Source: Eledone cirrhosa (lineage: Eukaryota). Taken from it: a DNA stretch of 64,000 nucleotides. The notes beneath the pieces were generated by a model that was given only the letters and a program-made list of their open reading frames with translations, was not told the DNA's origin and ran no database searches. Below, piece after piece: positions 1 to 15,000 of this stretch (position 1 is the first letter of the stretch; each line of letters opens with the position of its first letter). A program made the translations under genes and the position numbers. The stretch covers positions 8,618,001 through 8,682,000 of the forward strand of contig OZ024740.1 of the NCBI GenBank assembly GCA_964016885.1, read 5' to 3'.

Positions 1-3000
1 ATTGGTATATCAGTTTCTATTGGTATGTCAGTTTCCATTAGTTTATCAGTTTCAATTGGTATGTCAGTTTCGATTGGTATATCAGTGTCTATTGGTATGT
101 CAGTTTCTATAAGTATGTCAGTTTCTATTGGTATATCAGTTTCGATTGGTATATCAGTTTAAATTGGTATGTCAGTTTCGATTCGTATGTCAGTTTCTAT
201 TGGTATATCAGTTACTATTGGTATGTCAGTTTCGATTAGTTTATCAGTTTCAATTGGTATGTCAGTTTCGATTGGTTTGTCAGTATCTATTGGTATATCA
301 GTTTCTATTGGTATGTCAATTTCGATTGCTACGTCAGTTTTGATTGGTATATCAGTTTTGAATGGTATGTCAATCTCGATTGGTAGGTTAGTTTCGATTG
401 GTATATCAGTTTCGATTAGTATGTCAGTTTATATTGGTATGTCAGTTTCAATTAATTTATCAGTTTAGATTGGTATGTCAGTTTCGATTGGTATATCAGT
501 TTCAATTGGTATGTCAGTTTCTATTGGTATTTCAGTTTCTATTGGTAGGTCAGTTTCTATTGGTATGTCAGTTTCGATTGGTATGTCAGTTTCTATTGGT
601 ATATCAGTTTCGATTGATATAACAGTTTCTATTCGTATGTCAGTTTCTATTGGTATATCAGTTTCGATTGATATATCAGTTTCGATTGTTATGTCAGTTT
701 CGATTAGTTTATCAGTTTCAATTGGTATGTCAGTTTCGATTGGTATGTCAGTATCTATTGGTATATCAGTTTCTATTGGTATGTCAATTTCGATTGCTAC
801 GTCAGTTTTGATTGGTATATCAGTTTTAAATGGTATGTCAATCTCGATTGGTAGGTCAGTTTCGATTGGTATATCAGTTTCGATTAGTATGTCAGTTTCT
901 ACTGGTATGTCAGTTTCAATTAGTTTATCAGTTTCTATTGGTATGTCAGTTTCGATTGGTATATCAGATTCTATAGGTATATCAGTTTCTATTGGTATGT
1001 CTGTTTCTATTGGTATATCACTTTCTATTGGTATATCAGTTTCTATTGGTATGTCCGTTTCTATTGGTATATCAGTTTCGATTGGTATATCAGTTTAGAT
1101 TGGTATGTCAGTTTCGATTGGTATGTCAGTTTCGATTGGTATATCAGTTTCAATTGGTATTTCAGTTTCTATTGGTATGTCAGTTTCGATTGGTAGGTCA
1201 GTTTCTATTGGTATGTCAGTTTCGATTGTTATGTCAGTTTCTATTGGTATATCAGTTTCGATTGATATATCAGTTTCTATTGGTAGGTCAGTTTCGATTG
1301 GTATATCAGTTTCGATTAGTATGTCAGTTTCTATTGGGATGTCAGTTTCGATTGGTATATCAGATTCTATTGGTATATCAGTTTCTATTGGTATGTCACT
1401 TTCTATTGGTATATCACTTTCTATTGGTATGTCTGTTTGTATTGGTATATCACTTTCTATTGGTATATCAGTTTCGATTGTTATGTCAGTTTCGATTGGT
1501 ATATCAGTTTCGAATGGAATGTCAATCTCGATTGGTATGTCAATTTTGATTGGTATATCAATTTCGATTGGTATATCAGTTACTATTGGTATGTCAGTTT
1601 CGATTGGTATGTCAGTTTCGATTGGTATGTCAGTTTCTATTGGTATATCAGTTTCGATTGGTATGTCAGTTTCGATTAGTATATCAGATTCTATAAGTCT
1701 GTCAGTTTCTATTGGTATATCAGTTTCAATTGGTATATCAGTTTCGATTGGTATGTCAGTTTCGATTGTTATATCAGTGTCGATTAGTATGTCAGTTTCT
1801 ATTGGTATATCAGTTTCGATTGGTATGTCAGTTTCTATTAGTATGTCAGTTTCTATTGGTATATCAGTTTCTATAAGTATGTCAGTTTCTATTGGTATGT
1901 CAGTTTCGATTGATATATCAGTTTAGATTGGTATGTCAGTTTCGATTGGCATGTCAGTTACTATTGGTATGTCAGCTTCGATTGGTATTTCAGTTTCGAT
2001 TGGTATGTCAGTTTCTATTGGTATATCAGTTTCGGTTGGTATGTCAGTTTCAATTAGTACATCAGTTTTTATTGGTATGTCAGTTTCTATTGGTATGTCA
2101 GTTTCGATTAGTATGTCAATTTCTATTGGTATATCAGTTTCTATAAGTATATCAGTTTCGATTGATGTATCCGTTTCGATTAGTATGTCAGTTTCTATTG
2201 GTATATCAGTTTTTCGATTGGTATATAAGTTACTATTGGTATGTCAGTTTCTATTGTTTTGTCAGTTTCGATTAGTGTATCAGTTTCTATTGGTATGTCA
2301 GTTTCGATTGTTATGTCAGTTTCTATTGGTATATCAGTTTCTATTGGTATGTCAGTTTCGATTGATAGGTCAGTTTCTATTTGTATGTCAGTTTCTACTC
2401 GTATGTCAGTTTCGAATGGTAGATCAGTTTCTATTGGTATGTCAGTTTCTATTGGTATGTCAGTTTCTATTGGTATTTCAGTTTCGATTGGTATGTCAGT
2501 TTCTATTGTTATGTCAGTTTCGATTGGTATATCAGTTTAGATTAATATGTCAGTTTCTATTGGTATATCAGTTTCGAATGCAACGTCAATCTCGATTGGT
2601 ATGTCAATTTCGATTGGTATATCAGTTTCGATTGGTATATCAGTAACTATTGGTATGTCAGTTTCGATTGGTATGTCAGTTTCGATAATTATATCGGTTA
2701 CTATTGGTATGTCAGTTTCGATTGGTATGTCAGTGTCTATTGGTATGTCAGTTTCTATAAGTATGTCAGTTTCTATTGGTATATCAGTTTCGATTGGTAT
2801 ATCAGTTTCGATTGGTATGTCAGTTTTGATTGGTATGTCAGTTTCTATTGGTATATCAGTTTCTATTGGTATGTCAGTTTCGATTAGTTTAACAGTTTCA
2901 ATTGGTATGTCAGTTTCGATTGGTATGTCAGTATCTATTGGTATATCAGTTTCTATTGGTATGTCAATTTCGATTGCTACGTCAGTTTTGATTGGTATAT

Positions 3001-6000
3001 CAGTTTTAAATGGTATGTCAATCTCGATTGGTAGGTCAGTTTCGATTGGTATATCAGTTTCGATTAGTATGTCAGTTTCTATTGGTGTCAGTTTCAATTA
3101 GTTTATCAGTTTCTATTGGTATGTCAGTTTCGATTGGTATATCAGATTCTATAGGTATATCAGTTTCTATTGGTATGTCTGTTTCTATTGGTATATCACT
3201 TTCTATTGGTATATCAGTTTCTATTGGTATGTCTGTTTCTATTGGTATATCACTTTCTTTTGGTATATCACTTTCTATTGGTATGTCTGTTTCTATTGGT
3301 ATATCAGTTTCGATTGGTATATCAGTTTAGATTGGTATGTCAGTTTCGATTGGTATGTCAGTTTCGATTGGTATATCAGTTTCAATTTGTATGTCAGTTT
3401 CTATTGGTATGTCAGTTTCGATTGGTATATCAGTTTCAATTGGTATGTCAGTTTCTATTGGTATTTCAGTTTCTATTGGTAGGTCAGTTTCTATTGGTAT
3501 GTCAGTTTCGATTGGTATGTCAGTTTCTATTGGTATATCAGTTTCGATTGATATAACAGTTTCTATTCGTATGTCAGTTTCTATTGGTATATCAGTTTCG
3601 ATTGATATATCAGTTTCGATTGTTATGTCAGTTTCGATTAGTTTATCAGTTTCAATTGGTATGTCAGTTTCGATTGGTATGTCAGTATCTATTGGTATAT
3701 CAGTTTCTATTGGTATGTCAATTTCGATTGCTACGTCAGTTTTGATTGGTATATCAGTTTTAAATGGTATGTCAATCTCGATTGGTAGGTCAGTTTCGAT
3801 TGGTATATCAGTTTCGATTAGTATGTCAGTTTCTACTGGTATGTCAGTTTCAATTAGTTTATCAGTTTCTATTGGTATGTCAGTTTCGATTGGTATATCA
3901 GATTCTATAGGTATATCAGTTTCTATTGGTATGTCTGTTTCTATTGGTATATCACTTTCTATTGGTATATCAGTTTCTATTGGTATGTCCGTTTCTATTG
4001 GTATATCAGTTTCGATTGGTATATCAGTTTAGATTGGTATGTCAGTTTCGATTGGTATGTCAGTTTCGATTGGTATATCAGTTTCAATTGGTATTTCAGT
4101 TTCTATTGGTATGTCAGTTTCGATTGGTAGGTCAGTTTCTATTGGTATGTCAGTTTCGATTGTTATGTCAGTTTCTATTGGTATATCAGTTTCGATTGAT
4201 ATATCAGTTTCTATTGGTAGGTCAGTTTCGATTGGTATATCAGTTTCGATTAGTATGTCAGTTTCTATTGGGATGTCAGTTTCGATTGGTATATCAGAGT
4301 CTATTGGTATATCAGTTTCTATTGGTATGTCACTTTCTATTGGTATATCACTTTCTATTGGTATGTCTGTTTGTATTGGTATATCACTTTCTATTGGTAT
4401 ATCAGTTTCGATTGTTATGTCAGTTTCGATTGGTATATCAGTTTCGAATGGAATGTCAATCTCGATTGGTATGTCAATTTTGATTGGTATATCAATTTCG
4501 ATTGGTATATCAGTTACTATTGGTATGTCAGTTTCGATTGGTATGTCAGTTTCGATTGGTATGTCAGTTTCTATTGGTATATCAGTTTCGATTGGTATGT
4601 CAGTTTCGATTAGTATATCAGATTCTATAAGTCTGTCAGTTTCTATTGGTATATCAGTTTCAATTGGTATATCAGTTTCGATTGGTATGTCAGTTTCGAT
4701 TGTTATATCAGTGTCGATTAGTATGTCAGTTTCTATTGGTATATCAGTTTCGATTGGTATGTCAGTTTCTATTAGTATGTCAGTTTCTATTGGTATATCA
4801 GTTTCTATAAGTATGTCAGTTTCTATTGGTATGTCAGTTTCGATTGATATATCAGTTTAGATTGGTATGTCAGTTTCGATTGGCATGTCAGTTACTATTG
4901 GTATGTCAGCTTCGATTGGTATTTCAGTTTCGATTGGTATGTCAGTTTCTATTGGTATATCAGTTTCGGTTGGTATGTCAGTTTCAATTAGTACATCAGT
5001 TTTTATTGGTATGTCAGTTTCTATTGGTATGTCAGTTTCGATTAGTATGTCAATTTCTATTGGTATATCAGTTTCTATAAGTATATCAGTTTCGATTGAT
5101 GTATCCGTTTCGATTAGTATGTCAGTTTCTATTGGTATATCAGTTTTTCGATTGGTATATAAGTTACTATTGGTATGTCAGTTTCTATTGTTTTGTCAGT
5201 TTCGATTAGTGTATCAGTTTCTATTGGTATGTCAGTTTCGATTGTTATGTCAGTTTCTATTGGTATATCAGTTTCTATTGGTATGTCAGTTTCGATTGGT
5301 AGGTCAGTTTCTATTTGTATGTCAGTTTCTACTCGTATGTCAGTTTCGATTGGTAGATCAGTTTCTATTGGTCTGTCAGTGTCTATTGGTATGTCAGTTT
5401 CTATTGGTATATCAGTTTCGATTGGTATGTCAGTTTCTATTGGTATATCAGTTTCGAATGCAACGTCAATCTCGATTGGTATGTCAATTTCGATTGGTAT
5501 ATCAGTTTCGATTGGTATATCAGTAACTATTGGTATGTCAGTTTCGATTGGTATGTCAGTTTCGATAATTATATCGGTTACTATTGGTATGTCAGTTTCG
5601 ATTGGTATGTCAGTGTCTATTGGTATGTCAGTTTCTATAAGTATGTCAGTTTCTATTGGTATATCAGTTTCGATTGGTATATCAGTTTCGATTGGTATGT
5701 CAGTTTTGATTGGTATGTCAGTTTCTATTGGTATATCAGTTTCTATTGGTATGTCAGTTTCGATTAGTTTAACAGTTTCAATTGGTATGTCAGTTTCGAT
5801 TGGTATGTCAGTATCTATTGGTATATCAGTTTCTATTGGTATGTCAATTTCGATTGCTACGTCAGTTTTGATTGGTATATCAGTTTTAAATGGTATGTCA
5901 ATCTCGATTGGTAGGTCAGTTTCGATTGGTATATCAGTTTCGATTAGTATGTCAGTTTCTATTGGTGTCAGTTTCAATTAGTTTATCAGTTTCTATTGGT

Positions 6001-9000
6001 ATGTCAGTTTCGATTGGTATATCAGATTCTATAGGTATATCAGTTTCTATTGGTATGTCTGTTTCTATTGGTATATCACTTTCTATTGGTATATCAGTTT
6101 CTATTGGTATGTCTGTTTCTATTGGTATATCACTTTCTTTTGGTATATCACTTTCTATTGGTATGTCTGTTTCTATTGGTATATCAGTTTCGATTGGTAT
6201 ATCAGTTTAGATTGGTATGTCAGTTTCGATTGGTATGTCAGTTTCGATTGGTATATCAGTTTCAATTTGTATGTCAGTTTCTATTGGTATGTCAGTTTCG
6301 ATTGGTATATCAGTTTCAATTGGTATGTCAGTTTCTATTGGTATTTCAGTTTCTATTGGTAGGTCAGTTTCTATTGGTATGTCAGTTTCGATTGGTATGT
6401 CAGTTTCTATTGGTATATCAGTTTCGATTGATATAACAGTTTCTATTCGTATGTCAGTTTCTATTGGTATATCAGTTTCGATTGATATATCAGTTTCGAT
6501 TGTTATGTCAGTTTCGATTAGTTTATCAGTTTCAATTGGTATGTCAGTTTCGATTGGTATGTCAGTATCTATTGGTATATCAGTTTCTATTGGTATGTCA
6601 ATTTCGATTGCTACGTCAGTTTTGATTGGTATATCAGTTTTAAATGGTATGTCAATCTCGATTGGTAGGTCAGTTTCGATTGGTATATCAGTTTCGATTA
6701 GTATGTCAGTTTCTACTGGTATGTCAGTTTCAATTAGTTTATCAGTTTCTATTGGTATGTCAGTTTCGATTGGTATATCAGATTCTATAGGTATATCAGT
6801 TTCTATTGGTATGTCTGTTTCTATTGGTATATCACTTTCTATTGGTATATCAGTTTCTATTGGTATGTCCGTTTCTATTGGTATATCAGTTTCGATTGGT
6901 ATATCAGTTTAGATTGGTATGTCAGTTTCGATTGGTATGTCAGTTTCGATTGGTATATCAGTTTCAATTGGTATTTCAGTTTCTATTGGTATGTCAGTTT
7001 CGATTGGTAGGTCAGTTTCTATTGGTATGTCAGTTTCGATTGTTATGTCAGTTTCTATTGGTATATCAGTTTCGATTGATATATCAGTTTCTATTGGTAG
7101 GTCAGTTTCGATTGGTATATCAGTTTCGATTAGTATGTCAGTTTCTATTGGGATGTCAGTTTCGATTGGTATATCAGAGTCTATTGGTATATCAGTTTCT
7201 ATTGGTATGTCACTTTCTATTGGTATATCACTTTCTATTGGTATGTCTGTTTGTATTGGTATATCACTTTCTATTGGTATATCAGTTTCGATTGTTATGT
7301 CAGTTTCGATTGGTATATCAGTTTCGAATGGAATGTCAATCTCGATTGGTATGTCAATTTTGATTGGTATATCAATTTCGATTGGTATATCAGTTACTAT
7401 TGGTATGTCAGTTTCGATTGGTATGTCAGTTTCGATTGGTATGTCAGTTTCTATTGGTATATCAGTTTCGATTGGTATGTCAGTTTCGATTAGTATATCA
7501 GATTCTATAAGTCTGTCAGTTTCTATTGGTATATCAGTTTCAATTGGTATATCAGTTTCGATTGGTATGTCAGTTTCGATTGTTATATCAGTGTCGATTA
7601 GTATGTCAGTTTCTATTGGTATATCAGTTTCGATTGGTATGTCAGTTTCTATTAGTATGTCAGTTTCTATTGGTATATCAGTTTCTATAAGTATGTCAGT
7701 TTCTATTGGTATGTCAGTTTCGATTGATATATCAGTTTAGATTGGTATGTCAGTTTCGATTGGCATGTCAGTTACTATTGGTATGTCAGCTTCGATTGGT
7801 ATTTCAGTTTCGATTGGTATGTCAGTTTCTATTGGTATATCAGTTTCGGTTGGTATGTCAGTTTCAATTAGTACATCAGTTTTTATTGGTATGTCAGTTT
7901 CTATTGGTATGTCAGTTTCGATTAGTATGTCAATTTCTATTGGTATATCAGTTTCTATAAGTATATCAGTTTCGATTGATGTATCCGTTTCGATTAGTAT
8001 GTCAGTTTCTATTGGTATATCAGTTTTTCGATTGGTATATAAGTTACTATTGGTATGTCAGTTTCTATTGTTTTGTCAGTTTCGATTAGTGTATCAGTTT
8101 CTATTGGTATGTCAGTTTCGATTGTTATGTCAGTTTCTATTGGTATATCAGTTTCTATTGGTATGTCAGTTTCGATTGGTAGGTCAGTTTCTATTTGTAT
8201 GTCAGTTTCTACTCGTATGTCAGTTTCGATTGGTAGATCAGTTTCTATTGGTCTGTCAGTGTCTATTGGTATGTCAGTTTCTATTGGTATATCAGTTTCG
8301 ATTGGTATGTCAGTTTCTATTGGTATATCAGTTTCGAATGCAACGTCAATCTCGATTGGTATGTCAATTTCGATTGGTATATCAGTTTCGATTGGTATAT
8401 CAGTAACTATTGGTATGTCAGTTTCGATTGGTATGTCAGTTTCGATAATTATATCGGTTACTATTGGTATGTCAGTTTCGATTGGTATGTCAGTGTCTAT
8501 TGGTATGTCAGTTTCTATAAGTATGTCAGTTTCTATTGGTATATCAGTTTCGATTGGTATATCAGTTTCGATTGGTATGTCAGTTTTGATTGGTATGTCA
8601 GTTTCTATTGGTATATCAGTTTCTATTGGTATGTCAGTTTCGATTAGTTTAACAGTTTCAATTGGTATGTCAGTTTCGATTGGTATGTCAGTATCTATTG
8701 GTATATCAGTTTCTATTGGTATGTCAATTTCGATTGCTACGTCAGTTTTGATTGGTATATCAGTTTTAAATGGTATGTCAATCTCGATTGGTAGGTCAGT
8801 TTCGATTGGTATATCAGTTTCGATTAGTATGTCAGTTTCTATTGGTGTCAGTTTCAATTAGTTTATCAGTTTCTATTGGTATGTCAGTTTCGATTGGTAT
8901 ATCAGATTCTATAGGTATATCAGTTTCTATTGGTATGTCTGTTTCTATTGGTATATCACTTTCTATTGGTATATCAGTTTCTATTGGTATGTCTGTTTCT

Positions 9001-12000
9001 ATTGGTATATCACTTTCTTTTGGTATATCACTTTCTATTGGTATGTCTGTTTCTATTGGTATATCAGTTTCGATTGGTATATCAGTTTAGATTGGTATGT
9101 CAGTTTCGATTGGTATGTCAGTTTCGATTGGTATATCAGTTTCAATTTGTATGTCAGTTTCTATTGGTATGTCAGTTTCGATTGGTATATCAGTTTCAAT
9201 TGGTATGTCAGTTTCTATTGGTATTTCAGTTTCTATTGGTAGGTCAGTTTCTATTGGTATGTCAGTTTCGATTGGTATGTCAGTTTCTATTGGTATATCA
9301 GTTTCGATTGATATAACAGTTTCTATTCGTATGTCAGTTTCTATTGGTATATCAGTTTCGATTGATATATCAGTTTCGATTGTTATGTCAGTTTCGATTA
9401 GTTTATCAGTTTCAATTGGTATGTCAGTTTCGATTGGTATGTCAGTATCTATTGGTATATCAGTTTCTATTGGTATGTCAATTTCGATTGCTACGTCAGT
9501 TTTGATTGGTATATCAGTTTTAAATGGTATGTCAATCTCGATTGGTAGGTCAGTTTCGATTGGTATATCAGTTTCGATTAGTATGTCAGTTTCTACTGGT
9601 ATGTCAGTTTCAATTAGTTTATCAGTTTCTATTGGTATGTCAGTTTCGATTGGTATATCAGATTCTATAGGTATATCAGTTTCTATTGGTATGTCTGTTT
9701 CTATTGGTATATCACTTTCTATTGGTATATCAGTTTCTATTGGTATGTCCGTTTCTATTGGTATATCAGTTTCGATTGGTATATCAGTTTAGATTGGTAT
9801 GTCAGTTTCGATTGGTATGTCAGTTTCGATTGGTATATCAGTTTCAATTGGTATTTCAGTTTCTATTGGTATGTCAGTTTCGATTGGTAGGTCAGTTTCT
9901 ATTGGTATGTCAGTTTCGATTGTTATGTCAGTTTCTATTGGTATATCAGTTTCGATTGATATATCAGTTTCTATTGGTAGGTCAGTTTCGATTGGTATAT
10001 CAGTTTCGATTAGTATGTCAGTTTCTATTGGGATGTCAGTTTCGATTGGTATATCAGAGTCTATTGGTATATCAGTTTCTATTGGTATGTCACTTTCTAT
10101 TGGTATATCACTTTCTATTGGTATGTCTGTTTGTATTGGTATATCACTTTCTATTGGTATATCAGTTTCGATTGTTATGTCAGTTTCGATTGGTATATCA
10201 GTTTCGAATGGAATGTCAATCTCGATTGGTATGTCAATTTTGATTGGTATATCAATTTCGATTGGTATATCAGTTACTATTGGTATGTCAGTTTCGATTG
10301 GTATGTCAGTTTCGATTGGTATGTCAGTTTCTATTGGTATATCAGTTTCGATTGGTATGTCAGTTTCGATTAGTATATCAGATTCTATAAGTCTGTCAGT
10401 TTCTATTGGTATATCAGTTTCAATTGGTATATCAGTTTCGATTGGTATGTCAGTTTCGATTGTTATATCAGTGTCGATTAGTATGTCAGTTTCTATTGGT
10501 ATATCAGTTTCGATTGGTATGTCAGTTTCTATTAGTATGTCAGTTTCTATTGGTATATCAGTTTCTATAAGTATGTCAGTTTCTATTGGTATGTCAGTTT
10601 CGATTGATATATCAGTTTAGATTGGTATGTCAGTTTCGATTGGCATGTCAGTTACTATTGGTATGTCAGCTTCGATTGGTATTTCAGTTTCGATTGGTAT
10701 GTCAGTTTCTATTGGTATATCAGTTTCGGTTGGTATGTCAGTTTCAATTAGTACATCAGTTTTTATTGGTATGTCAGTTTCTATTGGTATGTCAGTTTCG
10801 ATTAGTATGTCAATTTCTATTGGTATATCAGTTTCTATAAGTATATCAGTTTCGATTGATGTATCCGTTTCGATTAGTATGTCAGTTTCTATTGGTATAT
10901 CAGTTTTTCGATTGGTATATAAGTTACTATTGGTATGTCAGTTTCTATTGTTTTGTCAGTTTCGATTAGTGTATCAGTTTCTATTGGTATGTCAGTTTCG
11001 ATTGTTATGTCAGTTTCTATTGGTATATCAGTTTCTATTGGTATGTCAGTTTCGATTGGTAGGTCAGTTTCTATTTGTATGTCAGTTTCTACTCGTATGT
11101 CAGTTTCGATTGGTAGATCAGTTTCTATTGGTCTGTCAGTGTCTATTGGTATGTCAGTTTCTATTGGTATATCAGTTTCGATTGGTATGTCAGTTTCTAT
11201 TGGTATATCAGTTTCGAATGCAACGTCAATCTCGATTGGTATGTCAATTTCGATTGGTATATCAGTTTCGATTGGTATATCAGTAACTATTGGTATGTCA
11301 GTTTCGATTGGTATGTCAGTTTCGATAATTATATCGGTTACTATTGGTATGTCAGTTTCGATTGGTATGTCAGTGTCTATTGGTATGTCAGTTTCTATAA
11401 GTATGTCAGTTTCTATTGGTATATCAGTTTCGATTGGTATATCAGTTTCGATTGGTATGTCAGTTTTGATTGGTATGTCAGTTTCTATTGGTATATCAGT
11501 TTCTATTGGTATGTCAGTTTCGATTAGTTTAACAGTTTCAATTGGTATGTCAGTTTCGATTGGTATGTCAGTATCTATTGGTATATCAGTTTCTATTGGT
11601 ATGTCAATTTCGATTGCTACGTCAGTTTTGATTGGTATATCAGTTTTAAATGGTATGTCAATCTCGATTGGTAGGTCAGTTTCGATTGGTATATCAGTTT
11701 CGATTAGTATGTCAGTTTCTATTGGTATGTCAGTTTCAATTAGTTTATCAGTTTTTATTGGTATGTCAGTTTCGATTGGTATATCAGATTATATAGGTAT
11801 ATCAGTTTCTATTGGTATGTCTGTTTCTATTGGTATATCACTTTCTATTGGTATATCAGTTTCTAATGGTATGTCTGTTTCTATTGGTATATCACTTTCT
11901 ATTGGTATATCACTTTCTATTGGTATGTCTGTTTCTATTGGTATGTCAGTTTCTATTGGTATATCAGTTTCGATTGGTATATCAGTTTCGATTGGTATGT

Positions 12001-15000
12001 CAGTTTTGATTGGTATGTCAGTTTCTATTGGTATATCAGTCTCTATTGGTATGTCAGTTTCGATTAGTTTATCAGTTTCAATTGGTATGTCAGTTTCGAT
12101 TGGTATGTCAGTTACTATTGGTATATCAGTTTCTATTCGTATGTCAATTTCGATTGGTATGTCAGTTTGGATTGGTATATAAGTTTCGATTGGTATGTCA
12201 GTTTCGATTGCTATGTCAGTTTTGATTGGTATATCAGTTTTGAATGGTATGTCAATCTCGAATGGTAGGTCAATTTCGATTGGTATATCAGTTTCGATTA
12301 GTATGTCAGTTTCTATTGGTATGTCAGTTTCAATTAGTTTATCAGTTTCTATTGGTATGTCAGTTTCGATTGGTATGTCAGATTCTATTGGTATATCAGT
12401 TTCTATTGGTATGTCTGTTTCTATTGGTATATCACTTTCTATTGGTATATCACTTTCTATTGGTATGTCTGTTTCTATTGGTATATCAGTTTCGATTGGT
12501 ATATCAGTTTAGATTGGTATGTCAGTTTCGATTGGTATGTCAGTTTCGATTGGTATATCAGTTTCTATTGGTATGTCAGTTTCGATTAGTTTATCAGTTT
12601 CAATTGGTATGTCAGTTTCGATTGGTATGTCAGTATCTATTGGTATTTCAGTTTCTATTGGTATGTCAATTTCGATTGGTATGTCAGTTTGGATTGGTAT
12701 ATCAGTTTCGATTGGTATGTCAGTTTCGACTGCTATGTCAGTTTTGATTGGTATATCAGTTTTGAATGGTATGTCAATCTCGATTGGTAGGTGAATTTCG
12801 ATTGGTATATCAGTTTCGATAAGTATGTCAGTTTCTATTGGTATGTCAGTTTCAAATAGTTTATCAGTTTCTATTGGTATGTCACTTTCTATTGGTATAT
12901 CACTTTCTATTGGTATGTCTGTTTCTATTGGTATATCTGTTTCGATTGGTATATCAGTTTAGATTGGTATGTCAGTTTCGATTGGTATGTCAGTTTCGAT
13001 TGGTATATCAGTTTCAATTTGTATGTCAGTTTCTATTGTTATGTCAGTTTCGATTGGTAGGTCAGTTTCTATTGGTATGTCAGTTTCGATTGGTATGTCA
13101 GTTACTATTGGTATGTCAGTTTCGATTGGTATTTTAGTTTCGATTGGTATGTCAGTTTCTATTTGTATGTCAGTTTCGATTGGTATATCAGTTTCGATTG
13201 GTATGTCAGTTTCGATTGGTATGTCATTATCTATTGGTATATCAGTTTCGATTGATATATCCGTTTCGATTAGTATGTCAGTTTCTATTGGTATATCAGT
13301 TTCGGTTTGTACATCAGTTACTATTGGTATGTCAGTTTCTATTGGTTTGTCAGTTTCGATTAGTGTATCAGTTTCTATTGGTATGTCAGTTTCGATTGTT
13401 ATGTCAGTTTCGATTGGTATATCAGTTTAGATTAATATGTCAGTTTCTATTGGTATATCAGGTTCGAATGCAATGTCAATCTCGATTGGTATGTCAATTT
13501 CAATTGGTATATCAGTTTCGATTGGTATATCAGTTTAAATTGGTATGTCAGTTTCGATTGGTATGTCAGTTTCTATTGGTATATCAGTTTCTATTGGTAT
13601 GTCAGTTTCGATTAGTTTATCAGTTTCAATTGGTATGTCAGTTTCGATTGGTATGTCAGTATCTATTGGTATATCAGTTTTTATTGGTATGTCAATTTCG
13701 ATTGCTACGTCAGTTTCGATTGGTATATCAGTTTTGAATGGTATGTCAATCTCGATTGGTATGTCAGTTTCAATTAGTTTATCAGTTTCTATTGGTATGT
13801 CAGTTTCGATTGGTATATCAGATTCTATAGGTATATCAGTTTCTATTGGTATGTCCGTTTCTATTGGTATATCAGTTTCGATTGGTATATCAGTTTAGAT
13901 TGGTATGTCAGTTTCGATTGGTATGTCAGTTTCGATTGGTATATCAGTTTCAATTGGTATTTCAGTTTCTATTGGTATGTCAGTTTCGATTGGTAGGTCA
14001 GTTTCTATTGGTATGTCAGTTTCGATTGTTATGTCAGTTTCTATTGGTATATCAGTTTCGATTGATATATCAGTTTCTATTGGTAGGTCAGTTTCGATTG
14101 GTATATCAGTTTCGATTGGTATATCAGATTCTATTGGTATATCAGTTTCTATTGGTATGTCTGTTTCTATTGGTATATTACTTTCTATTGGTATATCAGT
14201 TTCGATTGTTATGTCAGTTTCGATTGGTATATCGGTTTCGAATGGAATGTCAATCTCGATTGGTATGTCAATTTCGATTGGTATATCAATTTCGATTGGT
14301 ATATCAGTTAATATTGGTATGTCAGTTTCGATTGGTACGTCAGTTTCGCTTATTATATCAGTTACTATTGGTATGTCAGTTTCGATTGGTATGTCAGTTT
14401 CGATTGGTATGTCAGTTTCTATTGGTATATCAGTTTCGATTGGTATGTCAGTTTCGATTAGTATATCAGATTCTATAAGTCTGTCAGTTTCTATTGGTAT
14501 ATCAGTTTCGATTGGTATATCAGTTTCGATTGGTATGTCAGTTTCGATTGTTATATCAGTGTCGATTAGTATGTCAGTTTCTATTGGTATATCAGTTTCG
14601 ATTGGTATGTCAGTTTCTATTAGTATGTCAGTTTCTATTGGTATATCAGTTTCTATAAGTATGTCAGTTTCTATTGGTATGTCAGTTTCGATTGATATAT
14701 CAGTTTAGATTGGTATGTCAGTTTCGATTGGTATGTCAGTTACTATTGGTATGTCAGCTTCGATTGGGATTTCAGTTTCGATTGGTATGTCAGTTTCTAT
14801 TGGTATATCAGTTTCGGTTGGTATGTCAGTTTCAATTAGTACATCAGTTTTGATTGGTATGTCAGTTTCTATTGGTATGTCAGTTTCGATTAGTATGTCA
14901 ATTTCTATTGGTATATCAGTTTCTATAAGTATATCAGTTTCGATTGATGTATCCGTTTCGATTAGTATGTCAGTTTCTATTGGTATATCAGTTTCCATTG

